DNA of 64,000 bases from a virus: IMG/VR virus record IMGVR_UViG_3300008448_000014, positions 32,001 through 96,000 of that record; one strand, given 5' to 3'. Positions 51,701 to 62,400 of the stretch are shown here, piece by piece; the first letter of the stretch is position 1; every line of letters starts with the position of its first letter. A program made the position numbers and the translations under genes. The notes under the pieces were generated by a model, which had not been told where the DNA came from, did not search any database, and saw nothing but the letters and a program-made list of their open reading frames with translations.

Positions 51701-54539
51701 TGGTGATTCTAATTTATGTGCTACACCTAATGCAGAACAAGACATTAGTGTTGTTTCTTATTATGCTTCTATGAAAAATATATTTGTAAACCAGTGGGGT
51801 CAAATATATACATATAGTACTATTGATACAGGGTTTCAAAAATTGTTTAATACAAATTCAACACAAGAAACTATATTTGGAGGGGATACATTTATATCTA
51901 GATTTGCTTTTAAAACAAAACTTCCTTATTTTATAGATAATAGAGTAAATGGTTTAGATGATTCAGATATATTTTATGATGAAATTGGTAATATAGGGTA
52001 TCCAAAATACTGGCATTCTGCTAGATCTATATTAAAAGATTGGAATGGTTCTGGTGTAGGAACTCTTGTTAATATAATTTCTTATAAAGCACATAATTTT
52101 GATTGTCCTAATAATCAAGAACCTGCTATAGGTAATCCTGATAGAACATTTTATGATGGATACTTCTATTTGTTTGCTTATGGTATTCCTAATTTTTATT
52201 GTGAAAGCTCTTACAATACAGATTTAAGACAAGCATTTAATAATAAAGAAGGAGATTTTTGGCCACATGTTAGTAATGGTATTCCTGATAACTGGTTACA
52301 AGAAAGTTTTGTATCTATAGCTAATGATAATACATATAACTATAACATAACATATTCTAAACAAAATAAAGAAAATTTCTTTAGTCATATACCTTTTGAC
52401 TGGAAAGAAACTTGTTATACATATTACCCATTTAGAGCTATATATTCAGATCCACAAAATACAGATGTTGATAATAGAGTTAATAACTGGTTGACATATA
52501 AAGCAGTTTCATATTTTGATTTTCCTCAAAACTATGGAAAACTTGTATCATTAGATGGTATTCAAAACAGAGCTGTATTAGCTAGATTTGAAAACAAATC
52601 ATTAATGTATGATAACCTTCTTACAATTGATACAAGTAACCCTCAAGCAGCATATATGGGTAATCCATTAATGTTTAGAAAATCTCCACCAATAGATTTT
52701 GCTGAAACAGATCTTGGATATGTAGGAAGTCAGAATAAGCTGTTATTAAAGATTCCTCAAGGACAACTTACAATTGATGCTAAAAGAGGACAAGTGTTTC
52801 TTATACAAGGAACACAAGCTATGGATCTTTCACAGTTTGGTTCTGGTATGAATAGATTTTTTACAGACCATTTAGCTTTTGAAATATTAAGATATTTTCC
52901 AGAAGTAGATACTGATAATCATTTTAATGGTGTAGGACTTCATGCAGTATATGATAGCAAGTTTGATAGAATAATAATTTCTAAATTAGATTATATTCCT
53001 TTATATAAAGATATAAAATACTATAATGATAGTAAAGAATTTTATTTAGAAGAAGTACAATCTAATGGTGTTATTATAAAAACTCTTGTTTATTTAACAG
53101 ATCCTGAGTATTTTTGTAATAAATCTTGGACACTTTCTTATAATATAAACACTAAAAGTTGGGTTAGTTTCCATAGTTATATACCTAATTGGTATATAGC
53201 AGAAAATAACTTCTTTTATTCAGGTATTAATGGGTGTTGTTCAGATATTGATTTAGATGTAACAGGCTCATTTGATGCTATTGTAGGAAGAACAGACTTA
53301 CCAGAAACTACTACAACTACTACAACTCTTATGTTTATAACAACTACTAGTACAACAACACTAGTTACAAATTGTGTTTTAAGAGGATATATAGAAGAAA
53401 CAAGTTGTGTTTTAGATGGTACTGCTGTTATAACTGTAGAACCAATACCTACAACAACAATATGTAGTAGACCAGCAGGATTAACAATTTATTCATTTAC
53501 ATCAGGGTATCAAATAGATGCTTTACCTCCTGTAGTTTCTTCAGGTAGTTATGAAGATGCTTGTAATGCTATTGCATTATTTGATTTTGCAGATCCTACA
53601 ACAATTACAGTGGATGGTTTTAACATAATGGCATTTGATTTAAATGTTAATTCTACAGTTTATTTAAACATAAATTCAGATTGTAATTTAGTTCCTGATG
53701 GTTGGTATTTTACAGAAGAAAGTTCAAACGTTGGGGATGTTTATAATGTTGTAGGAGGAGTTATAGAAGGTGTATACAATTGTGATTGTACTCCTACTAC
53801 CACAACTACCACTACTATAAATATAGAACAATGTTGTAGTACATTATTTAATTCAGGTTCTAACATATATTATTATAATTCTAATGATACATCATTAACA
53901 TTATTAGATGTACCAGGATTTACAACAACTTACGGAATAGCAATGACTGCTAATTATTTGTGGTCTTTAGATACAGCTATAGAACAATGGGATATATTCT
54001 TAACACCATTTAGTGCAACATATAATACATCAATTACATTACCTATAGGATTTGTTGCTTCAACTGGATTAGTTGCTAAAAATGATGATGTAATTATTAC
54101 AACAGATATTTCTACTTCACCAGTAAATGTAGTTGAACTAGATGTAACTAGTAGTGTAGCAGTGTTAACAGTTATGTTTGTACTTCCTACTGATAGAATT
54201 AATATAACAAATATGTTATATACTACAGATGAGAAACTTATTATGGTTACACAAAATACTGTTACATTTGATTATTACATTACACAATATGATTATACAA
54301 CAGGAACAATTGAACTTGATATTAATATTGGTATATTTGAGCCAACATCTATATTTGAGTGTGAATGTAGTATAATGTTAACAGATGCAGCAGGAAAAGT
54401 ATATATAATAGAAAAAACTAGTCCATACACTATATCAGAAATGTTAACCTTACCTATTCTTATAGATGGAGCAACACAAGTACAATCATGTATAGTGAGT
54501 TCTTTAATAGAAACTACCACAACAACAACAACTATTTAA
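48762..54539 (+). CDS. Tail stabilisation / muzzle protein, N-terminal part, with appended Thr-linked accessory domains
   Basis: GMNMD..YALNA start, IYWTDGFNPRRY, FGGDTFISRF, SWVSFHSYIP; then poly-Thr tracts. Confidence 0.75.
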   Translation: MADNTQEQGNIRNEFNQASAGMNMDNAINQIPKGQLTYALNAALENFDSNSTSYQNEQGNEFCLQFPANFLLIGTHFIPEKNKHLFFITNPTTEESEIGYMDNNDCVYRTLVNAACLNFKIQHPIHKVVHKITNCQTEIYWTDGFNPRRYLDIENIPYKLSDGSTFCDPIESNQLDCNQLKLQPDFNIPGLAVVDVITGGNLTAGTLQFAVQYCDAQGNPYTSYYSVTNPTPIADTFLTTVNFNYPVGKSVIVEVSNLDTTGQFQYYNLAVIKTVNNVTSVELAGTYFIDNSVIQITYTGQIVDNIRLSINDIFEKQPYYEIAEDLTAVQDVLVWGGLVSIDRINYQSIANQILLQWETYKIPATENYADELNATNLRGYLRDEVYAFEIVFLLRNGKQTDGFHIPGRAATLLDLTPVDNTNNDFIGEPDPNTTTSPYWKIYNTASVVGSSTGLPIGNATPYQYGDFAYWESTEEYPCNTEVWGELAGQKIRHHKFPDVLVSPIYESALLTGTGLYNMVMQNDAVYPIGVKIDTDQIQSLISSSDLTDSQKEDIVGYKIVRGDRSTNKSIVAKGMLRNVGKYTRENEDFIYPNYPYNDLGEDPFILENNNAYSLICETWLLYIRFLNPDPNGGPDFVEIEYTDCNTNKRTKQKFTTIGEIEICSISKPIFIGNTKGPLVTVPFNRYLYNEVGYANYDTYELRSVGLCRGWRAVWNDTIAGPNTTEYLQGWGSWEGNRSLTVNVVVGSVPGCIEFCDRCGRSIEFRGGRRSTKNCKDPGPLQSISGEDSLKYRQIFNSPETSFGQPFLGNVLKLEQVMYGAGKSHFVEVKNNAKYRLLTYEAQLDALNSSRDVAGITASFNVGAMFAVYQSYLTIYINGITRKNYAYSFNSRANYDYSVSIPNNQGIKQREIDVARYLIPVVQNVGDKIGIKDVNINNYQRETSVYIKTKGSDNSIPALPFPSDSPNMSVTGIKDYSRFTIGDSNLCATPNAEQDISVVSYYASMKNIFVNQWGQIYTYSTIDTGFQKLFNTNSTQETIFGGDTFISRFAFKTKLPYFIDNRVNGLDDSDIFYDEIGNIGYPKYWHSARSILKDWNGSGVGTLVNIISYKAHNFDCPNNQEPAIGNPDRTFYDGYFYLFAYGIPNFYCESSYNTDLRQAFNNKEGDFWPHVSNGIPDNWLQESFVSIANDNTYNYNITYSKQNKENFFSHIPFDWKETCYTYYPFRAIYSDPQNTDVDNRVNNWLTYKAVSYFDFPQNYGKLVSLDGIQNRAVLARFENKSLMYDNLLTIDTSNPQAAYMGNPLMFRKSPPIDFAETDLGYVGSQNKLLLKIPQGQLTIDAKRGQVFLIQGTQAMDLSQFGSGMNRFFTDHLAFEILRYFPEVDTDNHFNGVGLHAVYDSKFDRIIISKLDYIPLYKDIKYYNDSKEFYLEEVQSNGVIIKTLVYLTDPEYFCNKSWTLSYNINTKSWVSFHSYIPNWYIAENNFFYSGINGCCSDIDLDVTGSFDAIVGRTDLPETTTTTTTLMFITTTSTTTLVTNCVLRGYIEETSCVLDGTAVITVEPIPTTTICSRPAGLTIYSFTSGYQIDALPPVVSSGSYEDACNAIALFDFADPTTITVDGFNIMAFDLNVNSTVYLNINSDCNLVPDGWYFTEESSNVGDVYNVVGGVIEGVYNCDCTPTTTTTTTINIEQCCSTLFNSGSNIYYYNSNDTSLTLLDVPGFTTTYGIAMTANYLWSLDTAIEQWDIFLTPFSATYNTSITLPIGFVASTGLVAKNDDVIITTDISTSPVNVVELDVTSSVAVLTVMFVLPTDRINITNMLYTTDEKLIMVTQNTVTFDYYITQYDYTTGTIELDINIGIFEPTSIFECECSIMLTDAAGKVYIIEKTSPYTISEMLTLPILIDGATQVQSCIVSSLIETTTTTTTI

Positions 54540-54541
54540 TT

Positions 54542-55411
54542 ATGGCAACAATAGATATAGTTATAAAATTAACAAAAGCAGGCCCAAGCACTGGGCCTTT
54601 TGATATATCTACTAATAGAGGAGATGTATTAGACACTAATGTTTCTTTTGCAAGACTTACACGTGGTATTGGTTACACTATAGATGATGATGTATCAGTT
54701 ATAAATATACAATCCATAGGAGATTGTAGAATTAAAAAAAGTTTTCCTATAGGTTCATATACAAAAAGTGAATACACTAATGCATCTTTTACACAAACTA
54801 AAACAGGATGTATATGGAGACACTTAACAGATACAAAACACTATAATTTCTTTTATGGAAAAATAGCTCCATATATTATTGAATATCCTTTTGCTTATCA
54901 ATATCAAGATGAAATATTACAGAATGTAAAAGACTACACTAAAGCATATGAATACTTTCCTATGACTAATGGAGTATTTGATGATTTTGCAAAAGTTGAA
55001 ACAAATAACAAATGGTTTAATAAGGCTATTCTTTATAATGGTCAACAAAGCTCTGGTTTATTAGAATTAGTTGCAAAACCAATGAATAATTTGCAAGCTT
55101 ATAATCAATTTCCTATCTTTAACCCAAATAGTAAAACTATTACATATACTAAGAGTGATAACTTCTATCTTTTTAATAATTTTTGGGCACTTAATAAATC
55201 ATCTCAAGTTCCAATGTTTTTAACTAGTTGTGAATCCATGTCAATTGATAAAATAATTAATCAATCTAATATGGATTACTCTGCAAGATCATTTAAAAAA
55301 GCTCCTTTGCGTGCTAAAGATTTAAAGGTTAGAATGATTTTAGACAATAGTGCTACAACTCATTTAGTTTCACAATTTATTATTACAGAAAGTCAAATAA
55401 GTTATAAATAA
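54542..55411 (+). CDS. Probable C-terminal part of the muzzle protein fused to a small beta domain
   Basis: Start MATIDIVIKLTKAGPSTGPFDI, 2 nt after the upstream stop; then IWRH..FYG..PYIIEYP, FNKAILYNGQQSSG. Confidence 0.65.
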   Translation: MATIDIVIKLTKAGPSTGPFDISTNRGDVLDTNVSFARLTRGIGYTIDDDVSVINIQSIGDCRIKKSFPIGSYTKSEYTNASFTQTKTGCIWRHLTDTKHYNFFYGKIAPYIIEYPFAYQYQDEILQNVKDYTKAYEYFPMTNGVFDDFAKVETNNKWFNKAILYNGQQSSGLLELVAKPMNNLQAYNQFPIFNPNSKTITYTKSDNFYLFNNFWALNKSSQVPMFLTSCESMSIDKIINQSNMDYSARSFKKAPLRAKDLKVRMILDNSATTHLVSQFIITESQISYK

Positions 55412-55436
55412 ATTAGGAAAGTTACTAGAATATTAT

Positions 55437-55444
55437 TACATTTG
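55437..55444 (+). promoter_or_regulatory. -7 box TACATTTG upstream of the HNH gene
   Basis: TAnnTTTG consensus. Confidence 0.6.
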
Positions 55445-55465
55445 GGAAATTAAAAAATCCAAAAA

Positions 55466-56140
55466 ATGAGTTCTAAAATAAATTATAATAGTGGTGAAAA
55501 AATAGGAGAGTGTGTTTTTATATCAGAAATATTACAAACTGATAATACAAAAAACTTTCGTAGACAAGCTATATTTGAATGTAGTTGCGGTAAACATTTT
55601 GAATCTAGAATAAGTCATATAAAATCTAGGTGGACAAAATCTTGTGGATGTTTACAAAAAAAAGCTATGAAAGATGTAGGTGTTAAAAAAATAACACATG
55701 GAAAATCTAGACATCCTTTATTTGGAACATGGAGAAGTATGATTCAAAGATGTCAAGATAAAAAAAGTATTAATTATCCATTATATGGAGAGAGAGGTAT
55801 TACTGTTTGTGACAGATGGTTGGATGTTAATAATTTTATTGAAGACATGTACCCTACTTATAAAAAAGAGTTACAGTTAGATAGGATTAATAATAATGGT
55901 AATTATGAACCAACTAATTGTAAATGGAGTACTAAAAAAGAAAATTGTAATAATAGAAGATCTAATAGAATTATAGAATATAAAGAAGTAAAAAAAAATA
56001 TTACTGAGTGGACAGAAACATTAGGAATAACAAAAGCTGTTCTTACTTATAGATTAAATAATTGGGAAGATATAGATAAGATATTTACACAAGTACCAAG
56101 ACAAACAAAACGAACTCCTAAAATAAAAAAGAATGAGTAG
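55466..56140 (+). CDS. HNH-type homing endonuclease
   Basis: CSCG..TKSCGC, WRSMIQRC, YGERGITVCDRW, LDRINNNGNYEPTNCKW...NNRR. Confidence 0.88.
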   Translation: MSSKINYNSGEKIGECVFISEILQTDNTKNFRRQAIFECSCGKHFESRISHIKSRWTKSCGCLQKKAMKDVGVKKITHGKSRHPLFGTWRSMIQRCQDKKSINYPLYGERGITVCDRWLDVNNFIEDMYPTYKKELQLDRINNNGNYEPTNCKWSTKKENCNNRRSNRIIEYKEVKKNITEWTETLGITKAVLTYRLNNWEDIDKIFTQVPRQTKRTPKIKKNE

Positions 56141-59100
56141 TGGTAAAGTAAAATGCACATGTGGATGGAGCTGGAACAAATCTGATTCTAGTAAGAAAGA
56201 TATGTATATATGTCATGAATGTGGTAGAGACAATAGCAACAACATGAAGAATGGTGGTTGGTTAGATAATTATGGAACACAAGAGAATTATAATGATTAT
56301 AAAGTTTCTGCACCTGAAGGAATGGTAGGAGATGGATTCTCTAATGTAGGAAGAAATTATTCTCCTGCATGGGGAGGATCATTTCAAGAAGGAGGAGAAA
56401 TCCCTAATGCACAAAGTGGTAGAGCTACAAGAGCTGATAGTCTTGCTGTATTTAATAACACAAGAGCTATAGATGATTATTATAGAAAACAAGGATATGT
56501 AAAAGAAAAAGTTAAAGATTCAAAAGATTATAAAGAAAGAATAAAAAATCGTAAAGAATGGGTTAATTCTTCTCAAAAATATTTAAAAGAAGCTAAAAAT
56601 GTACCAGTTGATATTTTTTATACACAAACAGATAAAAATAAAAATATTGCAGAACAAAAAAAATATTTAAAAGAAGCACAAAAAAGACTTTCTGAGACTA
56701 TTGATGAGAATAACCCAAAAAACTATATTAAAAAATTAGAAGCTTCTAAAAAAATTTTTGAAACAAAAGCAAAAGATATAGGTAGATATGTAGATGAACA
56801 AAATAACCTTGTAGAAGGAAAGCCTTCTGTCGAAAAGTTTTATTCACCTATAGATGAAAATAAGTTTTATCAAAGAGAACAATCTCAAGGGTTTTTAGAT
56901 TTAAGATCACCAATGCCACTTTATGATAAAAGAATCACTCCTCAAGATTTATCTAGATTTAAATCTCCTAATTCAGTTTTAGGTGAACAGTTACTTGATA
57001 AAATAATTAACTCAAAAAACAAAAAAGAAAGAGAAGCATTGGAAAAACAAATGGATGCTCTTGTTTATTCTGACAATGTAGAAATGTATGAATATGATCC
57101 TCTTGCTGTAATGCCTTTTGATATGGTTCCTCTTGAACAACAAGAGGAAAGAATTAGAAAATATGGTTCTAGTGGTGTGCCAACAAGTATTATACAACAA
57201 CATCCTGATTGGGTAAACTCTAACACTAAACCAATATCTAATCCAACAAAACATAACGTAGAAGGATTAAAACCAATGAATGTTGCAGGTTTACAAGATG
57301 TAGATAATAGATTTGAAACTAATTTAGATATTCCAACTCCTGTACAAAGAAAACCTAAGTATTATAACATAACAGATGTTAATAATCAATATGGTGGTGG
57401 AGATACATCATATAGAGTTGATAGTTTAGATGAGCTAAGAGAACTTCCAAAAGAACAATGGGATAGAAAAATCACTCCTCAATATCAAATGGGTGGTAAT
57501 ATATATCCAGTTAATTATGTTCCTCAAGCACAAGGAGGAATGTCTATGCCAGGTGCTGTTGGTTTTTCATATGCAAGAATAGGAGCTCCTAGTAAAGGAC
57601 CACGTAGAAATCAAACTGATGTTACAGATGCTTCTGCACAGAATGGTAAAGAAATGCAATACTATAGAGAAGGACTTGATTGGAAACCTAAGAGTATTGG
57701 ACAAGAAGGTACACAAGTAGTTAATTCTAGACAAAAGAGAGGACTTGATTTATTAGTCAAAGAAACTAACAATGCTAAAAAAGATAGAGAAGAATTAAAT
57801 ACAACAGGACAAATAAAAAAACCACGTTCTTTACATTATAAAAAGCTTACTCCAAAACAACAACCTACATTATCACAAGATAAAATGTCAGTAGTTGATA
57901 GACAAAAAGCTAATAATGCTATGGAGCAAGTAAATAAAGAGCAATTAGGCGTATTAGAAAGACCTCTTATTTATCTAGCAAGTCCTGAAAAAGTTTTAGG
58001 TGATATAGGTGTACCAGGAATGGAAACTTCAGAAGAAGATAGACAGAAGATAATGGTTAATAGGTATAACCCTTATCAGTCAAATGAAGATAGGTTAAAG
58101 AATACCATTGAGATGGGCCTAGGGTATGTACCTGAAGCAACAGTAAATACAGGATTAGCTATGATGGGAATGGAAAACCCAACAGTAGGAAAATTAGCAA
58201 ATGAAATTTTTAACCCTTTAGCAGGAATTAAAACAAGTATATCTCCTGAGTTAAGACAAGGATTACAAACTAATGGGTTTTTAGATATGTTTAAATCTAA
58301 AAAACCTACAAATATATCAGGACAAGATTGGTTACATAAATGGAACAATGATCCAATTACATTAAATAAAATAGCTGAACGTGAAAAATTATCAGAAAGT
58401 TTTTCTCATCCTCGTTTTGAAGAAGCTTTTCCTGAATATCCAGTTATTAGAGAAGGACAGTTAGCAGACAAAGAACTTAATGATATAAAAACTAAATTTA
58501 TTAATAGTATTAGTAATGAAAGAAGTTTTCCAATTAATACAGATGTAAAAAAAATTCCTGTATTAAGTTATGAAGATTTAAAAATAAATGACCCAAAAAC
58601 ATATGAAGAATCTATAAATACAACTGTAGGTGTATCACCAGGAAGAGGTAAGGTATATATAGATGATGCACAATTTAAAAACCAACCTTCAAAAACAAAA
58701 GAATCAGCAACTGTTCACGAACTTACACATTTTTTAGAAAATAATGGAAGTAATTTAACAATTAATGAACAAAAAGAATTGTTAGCACCTTTTGGTAAAA
58801 ATAATTTTCAATTGGATAGACCAACTTGGGATGGTAAAATTTATGATGAATCATATTATACAGAACCAACAGAAATACATGCTAGAATGAATGAAGCAAG
58901 ATTTCAGTTAGGGCTTTCTCCAAAAGACAAATTTACTGAAGAAATGTTTAATAAGGTATCTAAAGAAAATAATTGGGAAGGAATGGGTGAATATATAAAA
59001 GATAAAAAAGGATTTATAGATTTAATGAATAATTTTTGGGCTGTTCCACCAGTAGTAATAGGAGCTGGAGCATTACAACAAACTAATCAAGAAGAAGCTC

Positions 59101-59420
59101 CACAAATGAAAAAAGGAGGAATCATTAAAGATGATAGAGGACAATGGGAACACCCTGGAGAAATAACAGAAATCAATTCTCCATATATAACAATGAAAGG
59201 AGTACCTTATCCTGTATTAGGAATATCAGATACAGGAGATATGCAAATGATGTACCCAGAAGAAGAATATGAATTTGATGGAGAGAAGGTTACAGAATAC
59301 CCAATGGCAAAAAATGGAAGAAGACAAGAACAAAAAGGTTTGGTTAATCTAGACAATCTACTTAACTTTACAAATTATAATAAACCACAACCAGGTGGAT
59401 GGTTGAACAAATACAATTAA
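56133..59420 (+). CDS. Virion cargo/ejection protein with a zincin metallopeptidase domain
   Basis: TVHELTH plus EPTEIHAR; N-terminal CxC/CxxC; repeated xQxGG motifs. Confidence 0.65.
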   Translation: MSSGKVKCTCGWSWNKSDSSKKDMYICHECGRDNSNNMKNGGWLDNYGTQENYNDYKVSAPEGMVGDGFSNVGRNYSPAWGGSFQEGGEIPNAQSGRATRADSLAVFNNTRAIDDYYRKQGYVKEKVKDSKDYKERIKNRKEWVNSSQKYLKEAKNVPVDIFYTQTDKNKNIAEQKKYLKEAQKRLSETIDENNPKNYIKKLEASKKIFETKAKDIGRYVDEQNNLVEGKPSVEKFYSPIDENKFYQREQSQGFLDLRSPMPLYDKRITPQDLSRFKSPNSVLGEQLLDKIINSKNKKEREALEKQMDALVYSDNVEMYEYDPLAVMPFDMVPLEQQEERIRKYGSSGVPTSIIQQHPDWVNSNTKPISNPTKHNVEGLKPMNVAGLQDVDNRFETNLDIPTPVQRKPKYYNITDVNNQYGGGDTSYRVDSLDELRELPKEQWDRKITPQYQMGGNIYPVNYVPQAQGGMSMPGAVGFSYARIGAPSKGPRRNQTDVTDASAQNGKEMQYYREGLDWKPKSIGQEGTQVVNSRQKRGLDLLVKETNNAKKDREELNTTGQIKKPRSLHYKKLTPKQQPTLSQDKMSVVDRQKANNAMEQVNKEQLGVLERPLIYLASPEKVLGDIGVPGMETSEEDRQKIMVNRYNPYQSNEDRLKNTIEMGLGYVPEATVNTGLAMMGMENPTVGKLANEIFNPLAGIKTSISPELRQGLQTNGFLDMFKSKKPTNISGQDWLHKWNNDPITLNKIAEREKLSESFSHPRFEEAFPEYPVIREGQLADKELNDIKTKFINSISNERSFPINTDVKKIPVLSYEDLKINDPKTYEESINTTVGVSPGRGKVYIDDAQFKNQPSKTKESATVHELTHFLENNGSNLTINEQKELLAPFGKNNFQLDRPTWDGKIYDESYYTEPTEIHARMNEARFQLGLSPKDKFTEEMFNKVSKENNWEGMGEYIKDKKGFIDLMNNFWAVPPVVIGAGALQQTNQEEAPQMKKGGIIKDDRGQWEHPGEITEINSPYITMKGVPYPVLGISDTGDMQMMYPEEEYEFDGEKVTEYPMAKNGRRQEQKGLVNLDNLLNFTNYNKPQPGGWLNKYN

Positions 59421-59422
59421 TC

Positions 59423-62400
59423 ATGAAAGCACAAATTTTAAAAATCGCTGGTGTTAAATCTGAAAAGGAGTTCTACAAGAAGTATCCTTCTGAAGAAGCA
59501 TTCATGAAAAAGCATGGTAAAGAGTTTAAGAAAGCTCAAACAGCTAATGCTATTGATAAAGCACAACTTGGTGCTGATATAAATAAAAATGGAATTCCAG
59601 ATTATTTAGAGTTAAATCCTCCTACTTCTAATCAAGCATTTGGTCCACAGAATCAATGGAACTTTGGTAACAACATATCAAACACTCCTTCATTTGGTGC
59701 ACCTAGTGTACAACAAATGGCTGATAATACTTTCCAGCCTGCAGCAGATCCTTTTGCTATGCAAAACTATGGTAATCAATTTGTACAAAATAATCCATTA
59801 CCAGCTAACAATCCTAATTCACAATTTTCTAATAGTGTATTTCTAGAAGATAAATCTGTTACAGGTGGTTTAGGTGGTAAAGATTATGGTAAAGGAGATG
59901 GTATGTCAAAAGCTATGCCTTATGTTAATGCAGGTATGGATGTTATACAAGGTATTAGTGAGATTAAAAGACAAAAAGAAAGAAAAAGAGCAGCTAAACA
60001 AAATTCTTTAGTTACAGGTAAATTAGCAGAAGCTGAAGAAAGTGTTGATGTAGATGCTGAAAGACAACGTCAAGACTACGCTACTAGAAAAAGAAATGCT
60101 TTTATGGCTCCTCAAGTAGGAGAATCTTTATTTCCTGTAATAGGTGTAGGTTCTAACCCTCTTGCTCAATATGGTGGAGAGATACAAAATACATATGCTC
60201 CTAAATATGATATATATGATGATGGAGGATATGAACCATTAAATGATAGTGATAAAGTTAAAACTTATCAAATGGGTGGAAACTTTTCTGAAAAATATGG
60301 AGAATATGCACAATATGAGCCATATGCTACAGCATTAAGTAATAGATTCTTAAATCAAGGTGGACAACCTGATGCAGGTTCTATGATTGGTGGTGGAATT
60401 GGTAGTGCAGCAGGTACAGCTATTGGAGGACCATTAGGAGGAGCTATTGGTAAATTTGCTGGCAGTGCTATTGGTGGCCTTATTGATACTACTGATAGAG
60501 ATATTAAAAAATTTCAAAATGAATCTCAAAGAAACATAGGTAGAGTAACAGGACAAGCTTTTCGTAAAGGAATACAAGACCAAAATCAATCTTATATGGA
60601 AGATGGTGGCTATGTAAGTAATGATTGGACTCCACAAGTGATTGCTAAATTTGGTGATCACACAGCAGAAGACTATTATAACTATGCTCATGAATATGAT
60701 ACACTAAGAGCAGGAGGACATGTTAAGTCTGAACAATACACACCTGTAAGTAATAGAGGAATGGAAACTGCTGCATTAGGTGGTAGTGTAAAAACATTAT
60801 GGGGTGGTGAAGTTAAACCAATTTCTTATAATCCATATATGCCTAACTCTGGAGAAACAGTTAATTTCTATGGACAATCACATGATGATGGTGGTATAGG
60901 TGTTAAATATGGACAAGGTGGTGAATCTCAACAAGGAGAAGAAGCTAGTGTAGAAGTAGAAAGAGGAGAACCTTCTTTTGAGATGATAGATCCTAATACA
61001 GGAAATCCTACATTAAATGTTCTTGGAGATAGAAAGGTACATGCTAGCTTTGCAAAGCAATTAGGTGATCCAGATTTGATTAAAATTGCTAAACAATATG
61101 ATGGTAAGAAATTTAAAAATATTGGCTTAGAACTCTCTAAAAAAGAAAATAAATATACTTCTGTAATTGATAAAAATACTAAAGAGTTAAATGATTTAAC
61201 TCCTAAAAATCAATTTGATAAATTAAAGCTTAATGCATTAGAAAAAAATATTGAAGGAGCTCATTTAGGTCTTAAGCAAATTGCTGATACTAAAATGACT
61301 CTTACACATTTTCAAAATGCTATTAATGATACAGCTGATGAACTAGGAGAAAACTTAGGGAAAGATATTAGCTCAAGTAATCTTAATAAAGGAAAAGTTA
61401 TGTTTGGAAAAGACAAAGGACAAATTGCTAAATATGGTGCTACAGTTAAAAAAGCACAAGATGGTACTACTACAAGTACACCTAAGTTAACAAAAGAACA
61501 ATATCAAGAGTTACAAGATGCTTATATAAAATCTAAAGTTGCGCAGAAGGGTCCTGAAGTTGAAGGTTTTCAAAAATTGTTTCATAAATATTTTCCAAAA
61601 GAAGCTGTAGATATTATTAAGAAAGCTGGAAAAGATAGAGGTATTACAACAAGAGGTGTTGAATTAGGATTAACTAAGGAAGAGTTAGAAAAAGGAGAAA
61701 ACTCTGCTAAGATATTAGGAAGTAATGAGGAAGGTATATTTGGTCCTAGAACTGAACAATATTGGAAAACAGCTAGTGATGCATATAATCAGTCTCTTAC
61801 TACACCAGCAATTACACAAACAACTGCTGCTAAGCAAGAAGAAGATAAAGTTTATGATGTTAAAGCTAATAAGAGAAATCCTTATATTGATGCTGGTAAT
61901 CAAATTCTTAGATATTTAAGACCTAGTGATGCTGAAGAATTAGATCCTAATCAATTATATGGAGAACTATATGGTTTAGCAAATAATCAAGTTGAACCTG
62001 TACAAGCACAATTCTATCGTCCAGAATTAAATGTTCCTTATGATATTAATAGACAAGCTGCTAAGAATGATTTAGTAGCACAAACAAGAGCTGCTCAAAG
62101 AATGGTTGGATATAATCCAGCTGCACAAGCTATGATTGCTGCACAGGCTTATAATCCTATGCAACAATTAAATGAACAAGATTTTATAGATAATCAAAGA
62201 ATGAAAGATCAGGTGTATTCTGGTAACAGAGCTACATTAAATGATGCTCAACTTAAAAACTTAGCTATAGCTGATAATCAATATACAAGACAAGAAGCAG
62301 CTAAGAGTAATACTAAAGCAATTAATCAAGCTGCTCTTAATTCTATTGCTAGTAAATATGCACAAAACAAATTAGAAAACAGAACATTAAGAACATATGA

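Noticed and set aside
4155-61919. Antisense or nested ORFs in the track (e.g. 4155+, 5156+, 11069+, 14350+, 21435+, 30131-, 31559-, 35509-, 58076-, 61725+)
   Set aside because: They are shadows of longer motif-bearing genes, with no recognisable motifs.
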